A stretch of DNA of 64,000 nt from Longimicrobiales bacterium (GCA_965198065.1 CBDAON010000004.1:2400001-2464000); one strand, 5' to 3'. Shown: positions 1 through 10,755, counted from the stretch's first letter. Numbers and translations are program-made. Notes: generated by a model from the sequence alone, not told the origin.

Positions 1-2
1 GG

Positions 3-398
3 GCGCTCCTCGAAGCCGGCTTCACCCCGGTGGTCTCGCCCGTGTCCCGGGGCCCCGACGGGCGGCCCCTGAACGTGAATGCGGACGAGGCGGCGATCCG
101 GGTCGCCGTGGCCCTCGAGGCCGACCGACTGCTCCTGCTCTCGGACGTGCCGGGCGTCCTGGTGGAAGGAGAGCTCCTCGGAAGCCTAGGCCGGGACGAC
201 GCCCGTCGCCTGGCGGAAGGGGGCGTGCTCGAGGGAGGGATGCGGGTGAAGGTCGAGCAAGCCCTGGAGGCCGCGGACGAGGGGGTCGAGGTGCGCATCG
301 GCGATGAAGGGCTCCTCACCGGGTCGCCGGGCACCGAGATCCGCGGCACCGCGCATTCGTCGGCGCTCTCCCCGCGACTGTCCTCGGGCTCCGGATGA
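3..398 (+). CDS. argB: acetylglutamate kinase, C-terminal part (5' end outside window)
   Basis: PVVSP...LNVNADEAA...LLLLSDVPGVL...GGMRVKV amino-acid-kinase motifs; upstream of argD/argH. Confidence 0.9.
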   Translation, partial: ALLEAGFTPVVSPVSRGPDGRPLNVNADEAAIRVAVALEADRLLLLSDVPGVLVEGELLGSLGRDDARRLAEGGVLEGGMRVKVEQALEAADEGVEVRIGDEGLLTGSPGTEIRGTAHSSALSPRLSSGSG

Positions 399-1588
399 GC
401 CCCGTAAACGTGGATCTCCGGGCCGCGCTTCTTGACGTCTATCGGCCGCCCGAGCCCGTGTTCGTCCGGGCCGAGGGGAGCGAGGTCGTGGACGAGGCCG
501 GTCGTCGCTACCTCGACTTCACTTCCGGGATCGGGGTAAACGCGCTCGGGCACGGCCATCCCACCGTCCTCGGGGCCATCGAGGGGGCCCTTCGCACTGG
601 GCTCGTCCACGCGTCGAACCTCTTCCGGACCCGGCCCGCCGAGGAGCTCGCCCGGGTCCTCACGGAGCGGACGGGGCTCGATCGGGTGTTCTTCTGCAAC
701 TCGGGGGCCGAGTCCGTTGAGGGTGCCCTCAAGTTCGCGAAGAAGTGGGCCAAGGTCGGTGGGGGAGCCGACAAATACCGCGTGGTCGCCCTGAAGGGTG
801 CGTTCCACGGCCGGCTCCACGGGAGCCTCGCGGTGACGGATCGGCCCGACTATCGAGCGCCCTTCGAGCCGCTCATGCCGGGGGTGGACTTCGCCGACCC
901 CGACAGCCCGGCCGATCTGGACCGGCTGCTCGATCCGGCCCGGACGGCTGCGCTCATCGCGGAACCCATCCAGGGAGAGGGCGGGATCCGGGCGCTGCCG
1001 TCTGAACTGCTCGTGCGGATGCGCAAATGGACCCGGGAGCGAGACATCGCCCTGATCCTGGACGAGGTTCAATGCGGGCTGGGTCGCACGGGGACGTTTC
1101 TCGCGTGCGAGGAGGCGGGGATTCTGCCCGACCTGCTCTGCCTCGCAAAGCCCCTGGGGGGCGGCCTCCCGATGGGGGCGATTCTCCTCTCCGAGAAGAT
1201 TGCCGCGGCCATAGAGGCCGGGGACCACGGAACGACGTTCGGGGGTGGGCCGCTGGTCTCAGCGGTGGCGCTCGCCGTAGTCGGCGTGGTGGGGGATGCC
1301 GCCTTCCTCGTGGATGTCAGGCGGAGGGGGGAGCAGCTGGGCGCGCTCCTGAATGGGCTCGCCCGGGAGCTCGGGCCGGTCGTGCGGGAAGTGCGGGGGA
1401 GGGGGCTCATGTGGGGGATCGAGATCGAGGAAGGCGCAGGTGCCGTGGTGAAGCGTCTCCGTGACCTGGGGCTCCTCACGGTTCCAGCCGGCTCCAACGT
1501 GGTTCGACTGCTTCCCCCGCTCACGGTGAGCGAACAAGAGATCGAGCGGGCCGTTGGGATCCTCCGAACAGGTCTCCCAGCGACGTGA
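395..1588 (+). CDS. argD: acetylornithine aminotransferase (class III PLP)
   Basis: YLDFTSGIGVNALGH, FFCNSGAE, EPIQGEGG, DEVQCGLGRTG, AKPLGGG, HGTTFGG. Confidence 0.93.
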   Translation: MSPVNVDLRAALLDVYRPPEPVFVRAEGSEVVDEAGRRYLDFTSGIGVNALGHGHPTVLGAIEGALRTGLVHASNLFRTRPAEELARVLTERTGLDRVFFCNSGAESVEGALKFAKKWAKVGGGADKYRVVALKGAFHGRLHGSLAVTDRPDYRAPFEPLMPGVDFADPDSPADLDRLLDPARTAALIAEPIQGEGGIRALPSELLVRMRKWTRERDIALILDEVQCGLGRTGTFLACEEAGILPDLLCLAKPLGGGLPMGAILLSEKIAAAIEAGDHGTTFGGGPLVSAVALAVVGVVGDAAFLVDVRRRGEQLGALLNGLARELGPVVREVRGRGLMWGIEIEEGAGAVVKRLRDLGLLTVPAGSNVVRLLPPLTVSEQEIERAVGILRTGLPAT

Positions 1589-2955
1589 CCGGGCTCTGGG
1601 GTGGACGTTTCCGGGGAAAGCTCGCGCCCGAGATGGAGGCCCTGAACCGCTCCCTTGGAACGGACGGGCGCCTCTGGCGGGAGGACGTCCGGGGAAGCCG
1701 AGCGTGGGCGCGAGGGCTCCTGGGTGCCGGGGTGCTCACTCCGGACGAGCACGCCCGCCTTCAGGTCGGTCTCGATCAGGTCGAAAAGGCGCTGGAGGGC
1801 GGCATTCCCGGGGACGCCCCCGACGAGGACGTCCACTCCCTCGTCGAGCGACTCTTGGGGGAGGCAGTAGGAGCGCTCTCCGGAAAGCTCCACACCGGGA
1901 GGTCTCGGAACGACCAGGTCGCCACGGACCTCCGCCTTTGGGGGATGGAGGCCGCCCGCTCCCTCGAGAGCCTTCTCAACGAGAGCGTGCAAGCCCTTGT
2001 AGCGCTGGCGGATTGGGGCATTGACCTCATCCTCCCGGGATACACCCACCTACAGCCCGCGCAGCCGGTCAGGGCGGCTCACTGGGCCCTCTCACACGCA
2101 TGGCCTCTCCTCCGGGACCGCAACCGGATCCGTCGAGCGGGAGAGGCGGCGGGAGTCCTCCCGCTGGGCTCCGGAGCGGTGGCGGGCTGCCCGTTTCCTG
2201 TGGACCGGGAGGCGCTGGCGGCCGGGCTCGGCTTTCGGGCCGTGTCCGAGAACTCCATGGACGCGGTTAGCGACCGGGACTGGTCGGCCGAGGTGGTTTT
2301 CGCGGGCGGCCTCCTTGGGGTCCACTTGTCCCGCCTCGCGGAGGATCTGGTTGTCTTCAGCGCTCGGGAGTTCGGGTTCGTCCGGATCGGGGACGACTAC
2401 TCGACGGGCTCTTCCCTCATGCCTCAGAAGCGGAACCCGGACGTGGCGGAGCTCGTGCGCGGCAAGGCCGGCCGGCTCATCGGGAACGTGGTGGGCGTCC
2501 TGACCCTCCTAAAAGGCCTTCCGGCTGGCTACAACCGCGACCTGCAGGAGGAAAAGGCGATCCTGTTCGACACAGTCGATACGCTCGCCATAGCGCTTCC
2601 CGCCTTGACGGGGGCGCTCCGGAACACGTCGTATCGGCCGGACCGAATCACCCAGGCGCTAGATCCGGAGCTTCTCGCTACCGATCTCGCCGACTACCTC
2701 GTGAAGGCCGGAGTGCCATTCCGAGAGAGTCACGAGATCCTGGGCGGCCTCGTGCGAGAGGCGGAGGAGCGGGGGGTGCCGCTCAGCGGGTTGCCGGACG
2801 ACGTGTTCGGAAAGGCCCACGTAGCCTTTGCCGAAGGATTCCGGGCCATCTTCGATTGGGAGCGGTCCGTCGAGGCGAGAGACACCGTCGGCGGTACGAG
2901 CCGGAGGGCCGTGCAAGCCCAGATCGACGAGGCGCGGGGTCGCCTGGAGGGCTGA
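1585..2955 (+). CDS. argH: argininosuccinate lyase
   Basis: LWGGRF, HTGRSRNDQ, PGYTHLQ, STGSSLMPQKRNPD, YNRDLQE. Confidence 0.97.
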   Translation: MTGLWGGRFRGKLAPEMEALNRSLGTDGRLWREDVRGSRAWARGLLGAGVLTPDEHARLQVGLDQVEKALEGGIPGDAPDEDVHSLVERLLGEAVGALSGKLHTGRSRNDQVATDLRLWGMEAARSLESLLNESVQALVALADWGIDLILPGYTHLQPAQPVRAAHWALSHAWPLLRDRNRIRRAGEAAGVLPLGSGAVAGCPFPVDREALAAGLGFRAVSENSMDAVSDRDWSAEVVFAGGLLGVHLSRLAEDLVVFSAREFGFVRIGDDYSTGSSLMPQKRNPDVAELVRGKAGRLIGNVVGVLTLLKGLPAGYNRDLQEEKAILFDTVDTLAIALPALTGALRNTSYRPDRITQALDPELLATDLADYLVKAGVPFRESHEILGGLVREAEERGVPLSGLPDDVFGKAHVAFAEGFRAIFDWERSVEARDTVGGTSRRAVQAQIDEARGRLEG

Positions 2956-3018
2956 GGGGACCGCTGCCGGAGGCCGAGTGGCCCGGAGGAGCGCCCCTAT
3001 CGTCCCCTTCTCACACGA

Positions 3019-3790
3019 TTACCGCCCGATCTTACGTGCCGTCGGCGTTGTCGCGGTTTCGAGCGTCCGTCCCACCGCCGCGACGAACGGATGTAGCGTT
3101 CATGTTTCCCTGCTTCATCACGTACTCCGCGGCGAGCAGGAGGTCCTCGATCGTCGAGGATGGCCCCCGCTTGAGGAGGACGGGTCGATGGACGCGTCCG
3201 ACTTCGGTCAGGAGCGCGAAGTTCTGCATGTTACGGGCGCCCACCTGGAGGACGTCGGCGTGCCCCGCGACCACCTCGACCTGCCGGGTATCCATGACCT
3301 CGGTCACGACTGGGAGGCCCGAGATGGTGCGGGCGCGGGCCAGGATCTCCAGGCCCTCCTCCTCCAGGCCGCGGAATGAATACGGGGAGGTGCGGGGCTT
3401 GAAGGCACCACCCCGGAGGGCCCGGGCTCCCGCGGAGCTGACGGCGGCGGCCGTCTCGATGAGCATCTTCTCTCCCTCGACCGAGCATGGTCCGGCAATC
3501 ACGACGACCGCGTCGCCTCCGATCTCCACGTCCCCTACCGCAATCCTGGTCGGGCCGGCCGAAAACTCGCGAGCGGCGAGCTTGTAGGGGCGCATGACGG
3601 CATGCACGGCCTCGACCCCCGGCATCGCCAGGAGAGGAACGTGCTGGAGCCGCGCTTCGTCCCCAATGCACCCGATGACGGTCCGACTCTCTCCCCGGGA
3701 CACGTGTGTCCGGAGCCCCAACGCCTCGACCCTCTCCCGGATCTGATCGAGCTCCTCGTCGGTCACGTGGGGGCCTGTTACGATGATCAT
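3019..3790 (-). pseudogene. aroF: DAHP synthase (type I-beta with N-terminal regulatory domain), internal deletion
   Basis: IAGPCSVE, RGGAFKPRTSPYSF, QVGARNMQN, LLKRG; homology stops at GNMN (junction ~3097) and a C-terminal-like tail LHPFVAAVGRTL... follows in another frame to TAA at 3019. Confidence 0.88.
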
Positions 3791-3830
3791 GGCGGCATTC
3801 CTCCTGGCGTTCTGACTGCAAGTGAGAGTG

Positions 3831-3867
3831 AAAAAAAAAATCGGCTTCCGGAGGTCCCGGGAGCCGA
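3831..3867 (-). terminator. intrinsic terminator of the aroF attenuator
   Basis: minus strand TCGGCTCCCGG-gacct-CCGGAAGCCGA followed by T10, ~40 nt upstream of the aroF ATG. Confidence 0.9.
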
Positions 3868-3904
3868 GTCGTCACGTGCGCATGTTGCTTTGCTCAGCCG
3901 ATCG

Positions 3905-4051
3905 CTATGCGCACGCCTCCTCGGGGCTCCCGAAGCGGGGCCAGAAGCCGAAGTACGCGAAGTACCGGGCGCGGCGGCGGGTGCGTGACGCCTCGCCCAA
4001 TGGGGCGACGCGAATCCCGCACGTCCAGGGCCTCGTTGAGGGTCGGCGCAT
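3905..4051 (-). CDS. 48-aa attenuator leader peptide with Tyr/Phe/Trp control codons
   Basis: MRRPSTRPWTCGIRVAPLGEASRTRRRARYFAYFGFWPRFGSPEEACA*; aromatic cluster at 3932-3964; lies between promoter and terminator upstream of DAHP synthase. Confidence 0.85.
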   Translation of the reverse strand: MRRPSTRPWTCGIRVAPLGEASRTRRRARYFAYFGFWPRFGSPEEACA

Positions 4052-4058
4052 GAGGAAA

Positions 4059-4087
4059 AGTGTGTGAGAGGCGTCAGGGGATGTCAA
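4059..4087 (-). promoter_or_regulatory. sigma70-type promoter, probably giving a leaderless transcript
   Basis: TTGACA (4087-4082), 17-nt spacer, CACACT (4064-4059), 7 nt, then the leader ATG; no SD. Confidence 0.75.
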
Positions 4088-4344
4088 GGGCGATCCGGGG
4101 CAATGTGGCGCGATCTGAGGGGATGCGGCGCGATCCGGGCCGAGCGCGCGCCCGACCGGCTCTCCGGGCGCCGACCCACGAACGGTGCACGGAGCGGCGC
4201 CGTACGCCCGGTTTCCTGTCTCAGTTTCCACTGGTCAGTGAGCGGGGCCCCTCCTAGATTTGCGGCAGTCCGTCCCGGGGGGCCGAAGGGCAGACCCGGT
4301 GAGATCCCGGGAGCGCCGAGGAATCCCGCGTGCGGAGGCCCGAA

Positions 4345-5289
4345 ATGGCAGGAAAGAGCGTGAGCGCGACCATGGCTCCTCCGAGTGACGCGGTCGTGCG
4401 CCGCCCCGCCCTGGATGAGCTGGACCTCCCCCTGGGAAAGCGGGTCCGGCTCCACCGCCTCCTGTACGAGAACGGGCTCCGGAACGGGACCCTCCTCGTC
4501 CTACCCATCGATCAGGGCCTCGAGCACGGGCCGGTCGATTTCTTCCCGAACCCCCCGTCGCTGGATCCGGACTATCAGTGGCGCCTGGCGGCCGAAGGGG
4601 GGTTCAACGCTCTCGCGTGCCACTATGGCCTCGCCCGGAAGTACATGGGCCGCTATGCAGGGAAGATCCCCCTGATCCTGAAGCTGAATGGGAAGACGAA
4701 TATTCCGTCGGACGACCTGGCCCTCTCGCCGGTCACGGGAAGCGTCGAGGACGCGGTGGCCCTGGGCGCCGAGGCGGTGGGGTACACCCTCTATGTGGGA
4801 TCGCCGCGCCAGGACGACGACTTCATCCAGTTCCAGTCGATCCGGGAGGAGTGCGACCGGTACGGGATGCCTCTCGTCGTATGGGCGTACCCCCGGGGCG
4901 AGGCGGTCGAGGCAAAGGGGGGCCGCAGCTCGCTCTATGCGGTGGATTATGCGGCCCGGGTCGCGCTCGAGCTGGGTGCGGATGTCGTGAAGCTGAACCT
5001 TCCGAAGCGCTCGGCCCGGGATTCCGACCAGCCGGGCGCCTATGCGAAGCTGGAGTGGGAGTTCGAAGAGGGTGTGCGGCGCGTCTTCAAATCCGCCGGC
5101 CGATGCCTGATCCTCGTGAGTGGAGGGAGCAAGCTGTCCGACGACGACCTTCTCGACAAGGTTCGCGTGTCCATGTCTTGCGGGGCCACCGGACTCATCT
5201 TCGGCCGCAACATGTGGCAGCGGCCCATGGACGAGGCCCTGGCGATTACCGCGAGGGTGAGGAACGTGCTGGCGGAATTCCCCGTTTGA
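4345..5289 (+). CDS. fbaB: class I fructose-bisphosphate aldolase (DhnA/FbaB family)
   Basis: LPIDQGLEHGP, AVGYTLYVGS, VWAYPRG, ELGADVVK, GLIFGRN; start codon uncertain (4345 or 4360). Confidence 0.9.
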   Translation: MAGKSVSATMAPPSDAVVRRPALDELDLPLGKRVRLHRLLYENGLRNGTLLVLPIDQGLEHGPVDFFPNPPSLDPDYQWRLAAEGGFNALACHYGLARKYMGRYAGKIPLILKLNGKTNIPSDDLALSPVTGSVEDAVALGAEAVGYTLYVGSPRQDDDFIQFQSIREECDRYGMPLVVWAYPRGEAVEAKGGRSSLYAVDYAARVALELGADVVKLNLPKRSARDSDQPGAYAKLEWEFEEGVRRVFKSAGRCLILVSGGSKLSDDDLLDKVRVSMSCGATGLIFGRNMWQRPMDEALAITARVRNVLAEFPV

Positions 5290-6002
5290 GCGAGGTGCAG
5301 GTACGGTCCTCGGAGTCCGAGAAGCGGGCGGCAGGGCGCGCGGCCCTGGAAGAAGTCGAGCCCGGGATGATCCTGGGGCTCGGGACGGGGAGCACCGTCC
5401 GCTTCTTCCTCGAGTCGCTGGGGGAGGCCCTCTCGGTGGGGCGAATCCGGGACGTCAGAGGGGTGCCTACGTCACGGGACACCGAGGCTCGATGCGAGCA
5501 CCTCGGGATTCCCGTGGTGGAGCTGGACGACGGGGTCGAGCCGGATCTCGCGGTGGACGGCGCGGACGAGGTGTCTCCCTCCCTCGACCTGATCAAGGGG
5601 CTCGGGGGTGCGCTCCTCCGGGAGCAGATCGTCGCCCAGGCCGCCTGCCGCTTCGTCGTTATCGTGGATTCGGGAAAGGAAGTGGCAGCGCTCGGAGAGC
5701 GGTCTCCCGTACCTGTGGAGGTTCTTCCGTTCGGGTGGCGGTCCCAGCTTCCGTTCTTCCGGGCGCTCGGAGCCGACCCCTGCCCGCGGGAGGGACCCGA
5801 GGGCGAGCTGGTTCGCACGGACAACGGGAACTATGTGGTGGACCTCCGGTTTTCCCCGCACATTCCCGATCCGAGGGAGCTCGAGCGCGAGCTTCGGGCA
5901 CGATCGGGCGTCTTGGGAACCGGGCTTTTTCTCCAGGTGGCCGACCGGGCGCTCGTCGGGACGGCCGAGGGGGTTGTTCGCCGGGAGCGCCCGAAGCCGT
6001 GA
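5286..6002 (+). CDS. rpiA: ribose-5-phosphate isomerase A
   Basis: GLGTGST, DGADEV, LIKGLGGALLRE, TDNGN; TTG start overlaps fbaB stop. Confidence 0.93.
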   Translation: MSEVQVRSSESEKRAAGRAALEEVEPGMILGLGTGSTVRFFLESLGEALSVGRIRDVRGVPTSRDTEARCEHLGIPVVELDDGVEPDLAVDGADEVSPSLDLIKGLGGALLREQIVAQAACRFVVIVDSGKEVAALGERSPVPVEVLPFGWRSQLPFFRALGADPCPREGPEGELVRTDNGNYVVDLRFSPHIPDPRELERELRARSGVLGTGLFLQVADRALVGTAEGVVRRERPKP

Positions 6003-6685
6003 GGCCGATCGTGATCGCCCCTTCGGTGCTGTCGGCGGATTTCGGCCACCTGGACCGGGAGGTCCGCGAGGCAGAGCGGGCAGGCGCCGATTGGATTCAC
6101 GTGGACGTGATGGACGGCCACTTCGTCCCGAACCTGACGATCGGCCCGGCGGTGACGAGGGCGGTCCGGGAAGCGACCACGCTTCCGCTGGACGTTCACC
6201 TGATGATCGAGCACCCGGAGCGGCTGATCCCGAGCTTTGTCGAGGCGGGAGCGAATCGGATCACCGTGCATCAGGAGGCGTGCGTGCACCTGCATCGGGT
6301 CCTTGGGCAGATCCGCGAGGCCGGGCTCGCCACCGGGGTGGCCGTGAATCCGGCTACGCCCTTGAGCACTGTGGCGGACGTGCTGGAGTGCGTCGATCTC
6401 GTTCTGGTCATGACCGTGAACCCCGGTTTCGGGGGGCAGGAGTACCTCCCCGGGTCCGACGCGAGGATCGGACGGGCCCGGAGGATGATTTCCGAGTCCG
6501 GGCGGGACGGAGACGTGGCCCTCCAGGTGGACGGAGGGATCGACGTCCACACCGCGCCCCGGGCGGTCGAGGCCGGGGCCACCGTACTGGTCGCCGGGTC
6601 CGCGGTGTTCGCGGAAGGAGGCGGTGGGCCTGGAGTAACCCTTCCCGCTTTGAGAGACGCGGCAGCTAGAGGAGGAGCCACGTGA
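5999..6685 (+). CDS. rpe: ribulose-phosphate 3-epimerase
   Basis: IAPSVLSADF, HVDVMDGHFVPNLTIG, DVHLMI, MTVNPGFGGQ, VDGGI. Confidence 0.96.
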   Translation: MRPIVIAPSVLSADFGHLDREVREAERAGADWIHVDVMDGHFVPNLTIGPAVTRAVREATTLPLDVHLMIEHPERLIPSFVEAGANRITVHQEACVHLHRVLGQIREAGLATGVAVNPATPLSTVADVLECVDLVLVMTVNPGFGGQEYLPGSDARIGRARRMISESGRDGDVALQVDGGIDVHTAPRAVEAGATVLVAGSAVFAEGGGGPGVTLPALRDAAARGGAT

Positions 6686-7047
6686 GCGCTGATCCCGTAC
6701 CGATCCTAGACGCGGGAGCCTTGGATCGACTCGAGTCGTGGGGTGGAGCGGACTTGAGGGTCAAGATGGTCGATCTCTTTTTCAAGAACGGGCCTGAGAG
6801 GGTGCAGGGGATCCGGGACGGCCTCGCGAAGGGTGATCTCGAGCTCGCGGAGCGCTCGGCGCACTCCCTCAAGTCTTCGGCCGCGAACCTCGGCGGGGAG
6901 ACGGTTCGCCAGCTCGCGGCGCGGATCGAGGACTCGCTCGAGAAGGGGGACTCGTCCGCAGCCGCCGAACTGGCTCCGGAGCTCGAGGCGCGATTCGCGC
7001 AGATGCTCGATGCCCTGCGCGAGTCAGAAAACAGGGAGGACGGATGA
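6682..7047 (+). CDS. Hpt (histidine phosphotransfer) domain protein
   Basis: AHSLKSSAANLG motif, 121 aa. Confidence 0.88.
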   Translation: MSADPVPILDAGALDRLESWGGADLRVKMVDLFFKNGPERVQGIRDGLAKGDLELAERSAHSLKSSAANLGGETVRQLAARIEDSLEKGDSSAAAELAPELEARFAQMLDALRESENREDG

Positions 7048-7421
7048 AGCCCACCATCGCTCTCGTGGAGGACAACCCGGACAATCGCTTGCTCGTGCAG
7101 GCCATCCTCGAGGATCGGTACGAGATTGTGGAGTACGAGACGGGGGTGGCCGCCCTGGCCGGGCTCAAGGAGTACGTGCCGGATCTGATCCTTCTGGACA
7201 TCTCCCTCCCGGAGATGGACGGGACCGAAGTGCTGAGCCGCCTTCGGGAGGACCCCCGCATGGAGGCGGTTCCGGTTATTGCGCTCACGGCGCACGCAAT
7301 GGCGGGAGACCGCGAGCGCTTCCTCGGCCATGGCTTCAACGACTACCTGACGAAGCCGATCATGGACGAAACCGTCCTGGTGGACGCGATCGAGCGGGGA
7401 CTCGCCTCGGGGAAGGAATGA
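7044..7421 (+). CDS. single-domain response regulator
   Basis: VEDN, PDLILLDISLPEMDG, IALTAHAM, YLTKP. Confidence 0.92.
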   Translation: MKPTIALVEDNPDNRLLVQAILEDRYEIVEYETGVAALAGLKEYVPDLILLDISLPEMDGTEVLSRLREDPRMEAVPVIALTAHAMAGDRERFLGHGFNDYLTKPIMDETVLVDAIERGLASGKE

Positions 7422-10400
7422 TCCCAACCGAGCCGACGGCGGGCCGGAGGCGGCCCGGGAGCGGGAACCCGGTGCCGAGCGGGCGCGCCGAGGACTTCTT
7501 CTTCCACGAGAAGGATCTCGGCGGCCAGCGGGTCATTGCGTATGTAACCCTGGCGGTCGTGCTGGTCTCCGGAAGCGTCCTCCTGAACGGCGTCGAGCTC
7601 ACCGGTAGCCCGAACGTCCACACGCTGTTCGAGACGGTGGCGACCATCCTCGCGCTCATCGCGGGGGTGCTCGCGCTCGTCCGCTTCTACTCGCGCCGGC
7701 GGAGGACGTATCTCTTCATCGGGACCGGGTTCCTCGGGACCGCGCTCCTCGACGCGTACCACGCGGCTGTCACTTCTCCGTACCTGGCTTCGCCGGCGGA
7801 CCTGGAGTTCGCGGACCTGAAGGTCTGGACGTGGATCACGTCCCGCGTCTTCCTATCGCTCTTCCTGTTCGTGAGTTGGCTCGTCTGGCACGGGGAGGAG
7901 GCCGAGGAGGGGGAGCTGGGCGAGCCGGTGGAGGAACCGGAACCCGAGGCGCCCCTGGCCGCGTCCCTCCCCGCCGATGAGCCCGAGACGGTACCCGAGT
8001 GGTCGGTCTATACGACGGCAGGTGCGCTCACGCTCATCATCTTCGCGTTTTTCTTCTTCAGCCCGCTTGCCACCGCGTATGCGCCGGGCCAGACGTTCTC
8101 CCGCCCCGCCGAGATGTTCCCCGGATCGCTCTTCGCGCTCACCCTCGCTGGGTATCTCTGGAAGGAGGAGTGGAGACAGGACACGTTCGAGCACTGGCTC
8201 GTCGTGGGGCTCATGCTCGGTCTCACTGCCCACGTGGGCTTCTCGATCTTCTCGTCCGAACTGCACGACTTCGCCGAGTTGGCGGGACACGTCCTGAAGG
8301 TCCTGAGCTACGGCGCGGTCCTCGTCGGGCTCATGGCGAGCGTCTACCTGACGCTCCGCCGTGAGGCGGAGGCCTCCGCGGCGATCCTCGAGGCCAACGT
8401 GGCCTTGGCCCGGGAGATCGGGGTTCGCAGCCAGGCAGAGCGCGTCCTCCAGGAGGGCGAGGAGCGCCTCCAGGACTTCCTGGACCACGCGACGGACCTC
8501 ATTCAGAGCACAGATCCGAGCGGGCGGATCATCTAGGTGAACGAGGCGTGGAAGCGGACCCTGGGATACGGGGACGCCGAGCTGAAGGACCTCAACATCC
8601 TGTCTGTCATCCACCCCAGCTCGAAGGACTCCTTCCGTGCGACCATGCGGAAGGTGTTCAAGGGGGCGTCGGTATCGGACTTCGAGGTCGTCTTCCGGGC
8701 GAAGAAGGGGGAGGCGGTCATCTGCTCGGGGAGCTCGAACTGCCGGTTCGAGGATGGGCGCCCCGTGGCCACCCGGAGCATCCTCCGAAACGTCACCGAA
8801 GAGCGGCGGGCCGAGGACGAGCTGGCGCGCTCGCAGGCGAATGTACGGGCCCTCTTCGAGAGCACCGGCGACGCGATCTGGACCGGGAGCACCGGCTTCT
8901 GACGTTCAACACGGCCTACGCCCTGACGGTGGAGGCGCTCAGCAGGCGGGCTCCCGAGGCGGAGGATCGCATCGACACGCTGGTGCCCGCGGAGGAGGTC
9001 GACTGGTACGAGGGGTGTTACGATCGGGCCCTGGCCGGCACCCGTTTCTCGGCTGTCCGGACGGACGATCTCGGAGGGCAGCCCCGGATCTACGAGCTCT
9101 TCTTCAACCCGATCGAGGCCGAGGAGCGAGCCTCCGGTGTGGTCGTCTTCTCGAAGGACATCACCCGGCGTCGGAAGGTGGAGGAGGCGCTAAAGAGCGC
9201 GAAGCTCGAGGCGGACAAGGCCAACCAGTCGAAGAGCCAGTTCCTCGCGAACATGAGCCACGAGCTCCGAACTCCCCTAAACTCGGTGATCGGGTTCGCT
9301 AACATAGTGCTGAAGAACAAGGGGGGGCAGCTCGAGGCAAAGGACAAGGGATTCCTAGAGCGGATCCTGGCGAACGGGAAGCACCTGCTCTCCCTCATTA
9401 ACGAGATCCTGGACCTGTCGAAGATCGAGGCGGGGCGAATGGAGCTCGAGCTCGAGTCCACGGACGTGGAGGAGCTGGTGAATGAGACGCTCGCGCAGCT
9501 CGAGGGTCAGATCGGGGGCAAGCCCGTCCAACTCCGGAGCGAGGTGGAGGGCGATCCCGGGCCGCTCCTCACGGATCCCGGCAAGCTCAAGCAGGTCGTG
9601 ATCAACTTGGTCGGAAACGCGCTTAAGTTTACGGAAAAGGGCGAGGTCGTTGTGCGGATCGAGTCTGACGGCAGGGGTGAGGAGCCGCGCCGACTCAAGA
9701 TCCGTGATACCGGTGTGGGAATTCCCGAAGACCGCCTCGAGGCGGTGTTCGAGGCGTTCCAGCAGGTGGACGGGAGCACCGCCCGGAGGTTCGGGGGCAC
9801 GGGGCTGGGCCTCGCGATCTCCCGCTCGCTCTGCGCCCTCATGGGTTATTCGGTGACCGTCGAGTCGGAGGTCGGGGTGGGCTCGACCTTCACGATCCAC
9901 GTTGCGGAGGCGAAGCACGCGACGGGAGAGAAGGGCATGGACACCCTGGAGGATGCGCCGCACGCGCGCTGGGCGCCCACCACCGTAGATCCCGCCAAGG
10001 ACCTCAGCGGGAAGACCGTGCTCGTGGTGGACGACGAGGCCGATTCACGCACGCTCCTCACCCACTTCTTGGAGGAGCTCGGTTGCCGCGTGGTCACGGC
10101 GGGAGACGGGGTTGACGGGCTCGAGATGGCGAGGCGATTTCGGCCCGACATCATCACGCTGGATCTCATGATGCCTCGCATGAGCGGATGGGAGATGCTC
10201 CAGGCCTTGAAGGATGATCCGGCCCTTCGGGACATCCCGGCCGTGGTCGTGAGCGTCGTCGCGGAGGAGGGGGTGCGACAGTTCGTGGGGGCCGTGGACG
10301 TCCTGACCAAACCCGTGGATCGTGACGAGTTGATCCGCGTCCTGAGGCGAAACGTGTCCAAGGAGGCTGGCCGGGTCCTGGTCGTGGACGACAACCCGGA

Positions 10401-10755
10401 CGCGAGGCTCATCCTCCAGCGGTACCTCCGGGAGGCGGGGCTCGTCGTGCACACCGCCGAGCACGGGGAAGCCGCGCTCTCGTACCTGAGCCGGGAGGAT
10501 GTGGACCTTGTTCTCCTGGACCTGATGATGCCGGTTATGGACGGCTTCTCGACGCTGAAGCGTCTCCGTAGCGCGGGCCACCGGGGCTCGCTTCCCGTGG
10601 TCGTCCTCACCGCGAAGGAGCTTTCGGCCGAGGAGGAGCGCGTGCTCCAGGAGCAGTCCGAGGGCGTGATCATGAAGGACGGAGACGTCGAGGGGCGGCT
10701 CCGAGAGGTCCTCGATCGGTACTTCCGGCCGGAGGCGGTCCCCGAGGAAACCTGA
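7418..10755 (+). pseudogene. membrane (MASE3-like)-PAS-PAS hybrid histidine kinase with two receivers; interrupted
   Basis: HTLFETVA...FLGTALLDAYH sensor, PAS, FLANMSHELRTPLN, GGTGLGL, two REC domains; in-frame TAG at 8534-8536 and frameshift at ~8880. Confidence 0.88.
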
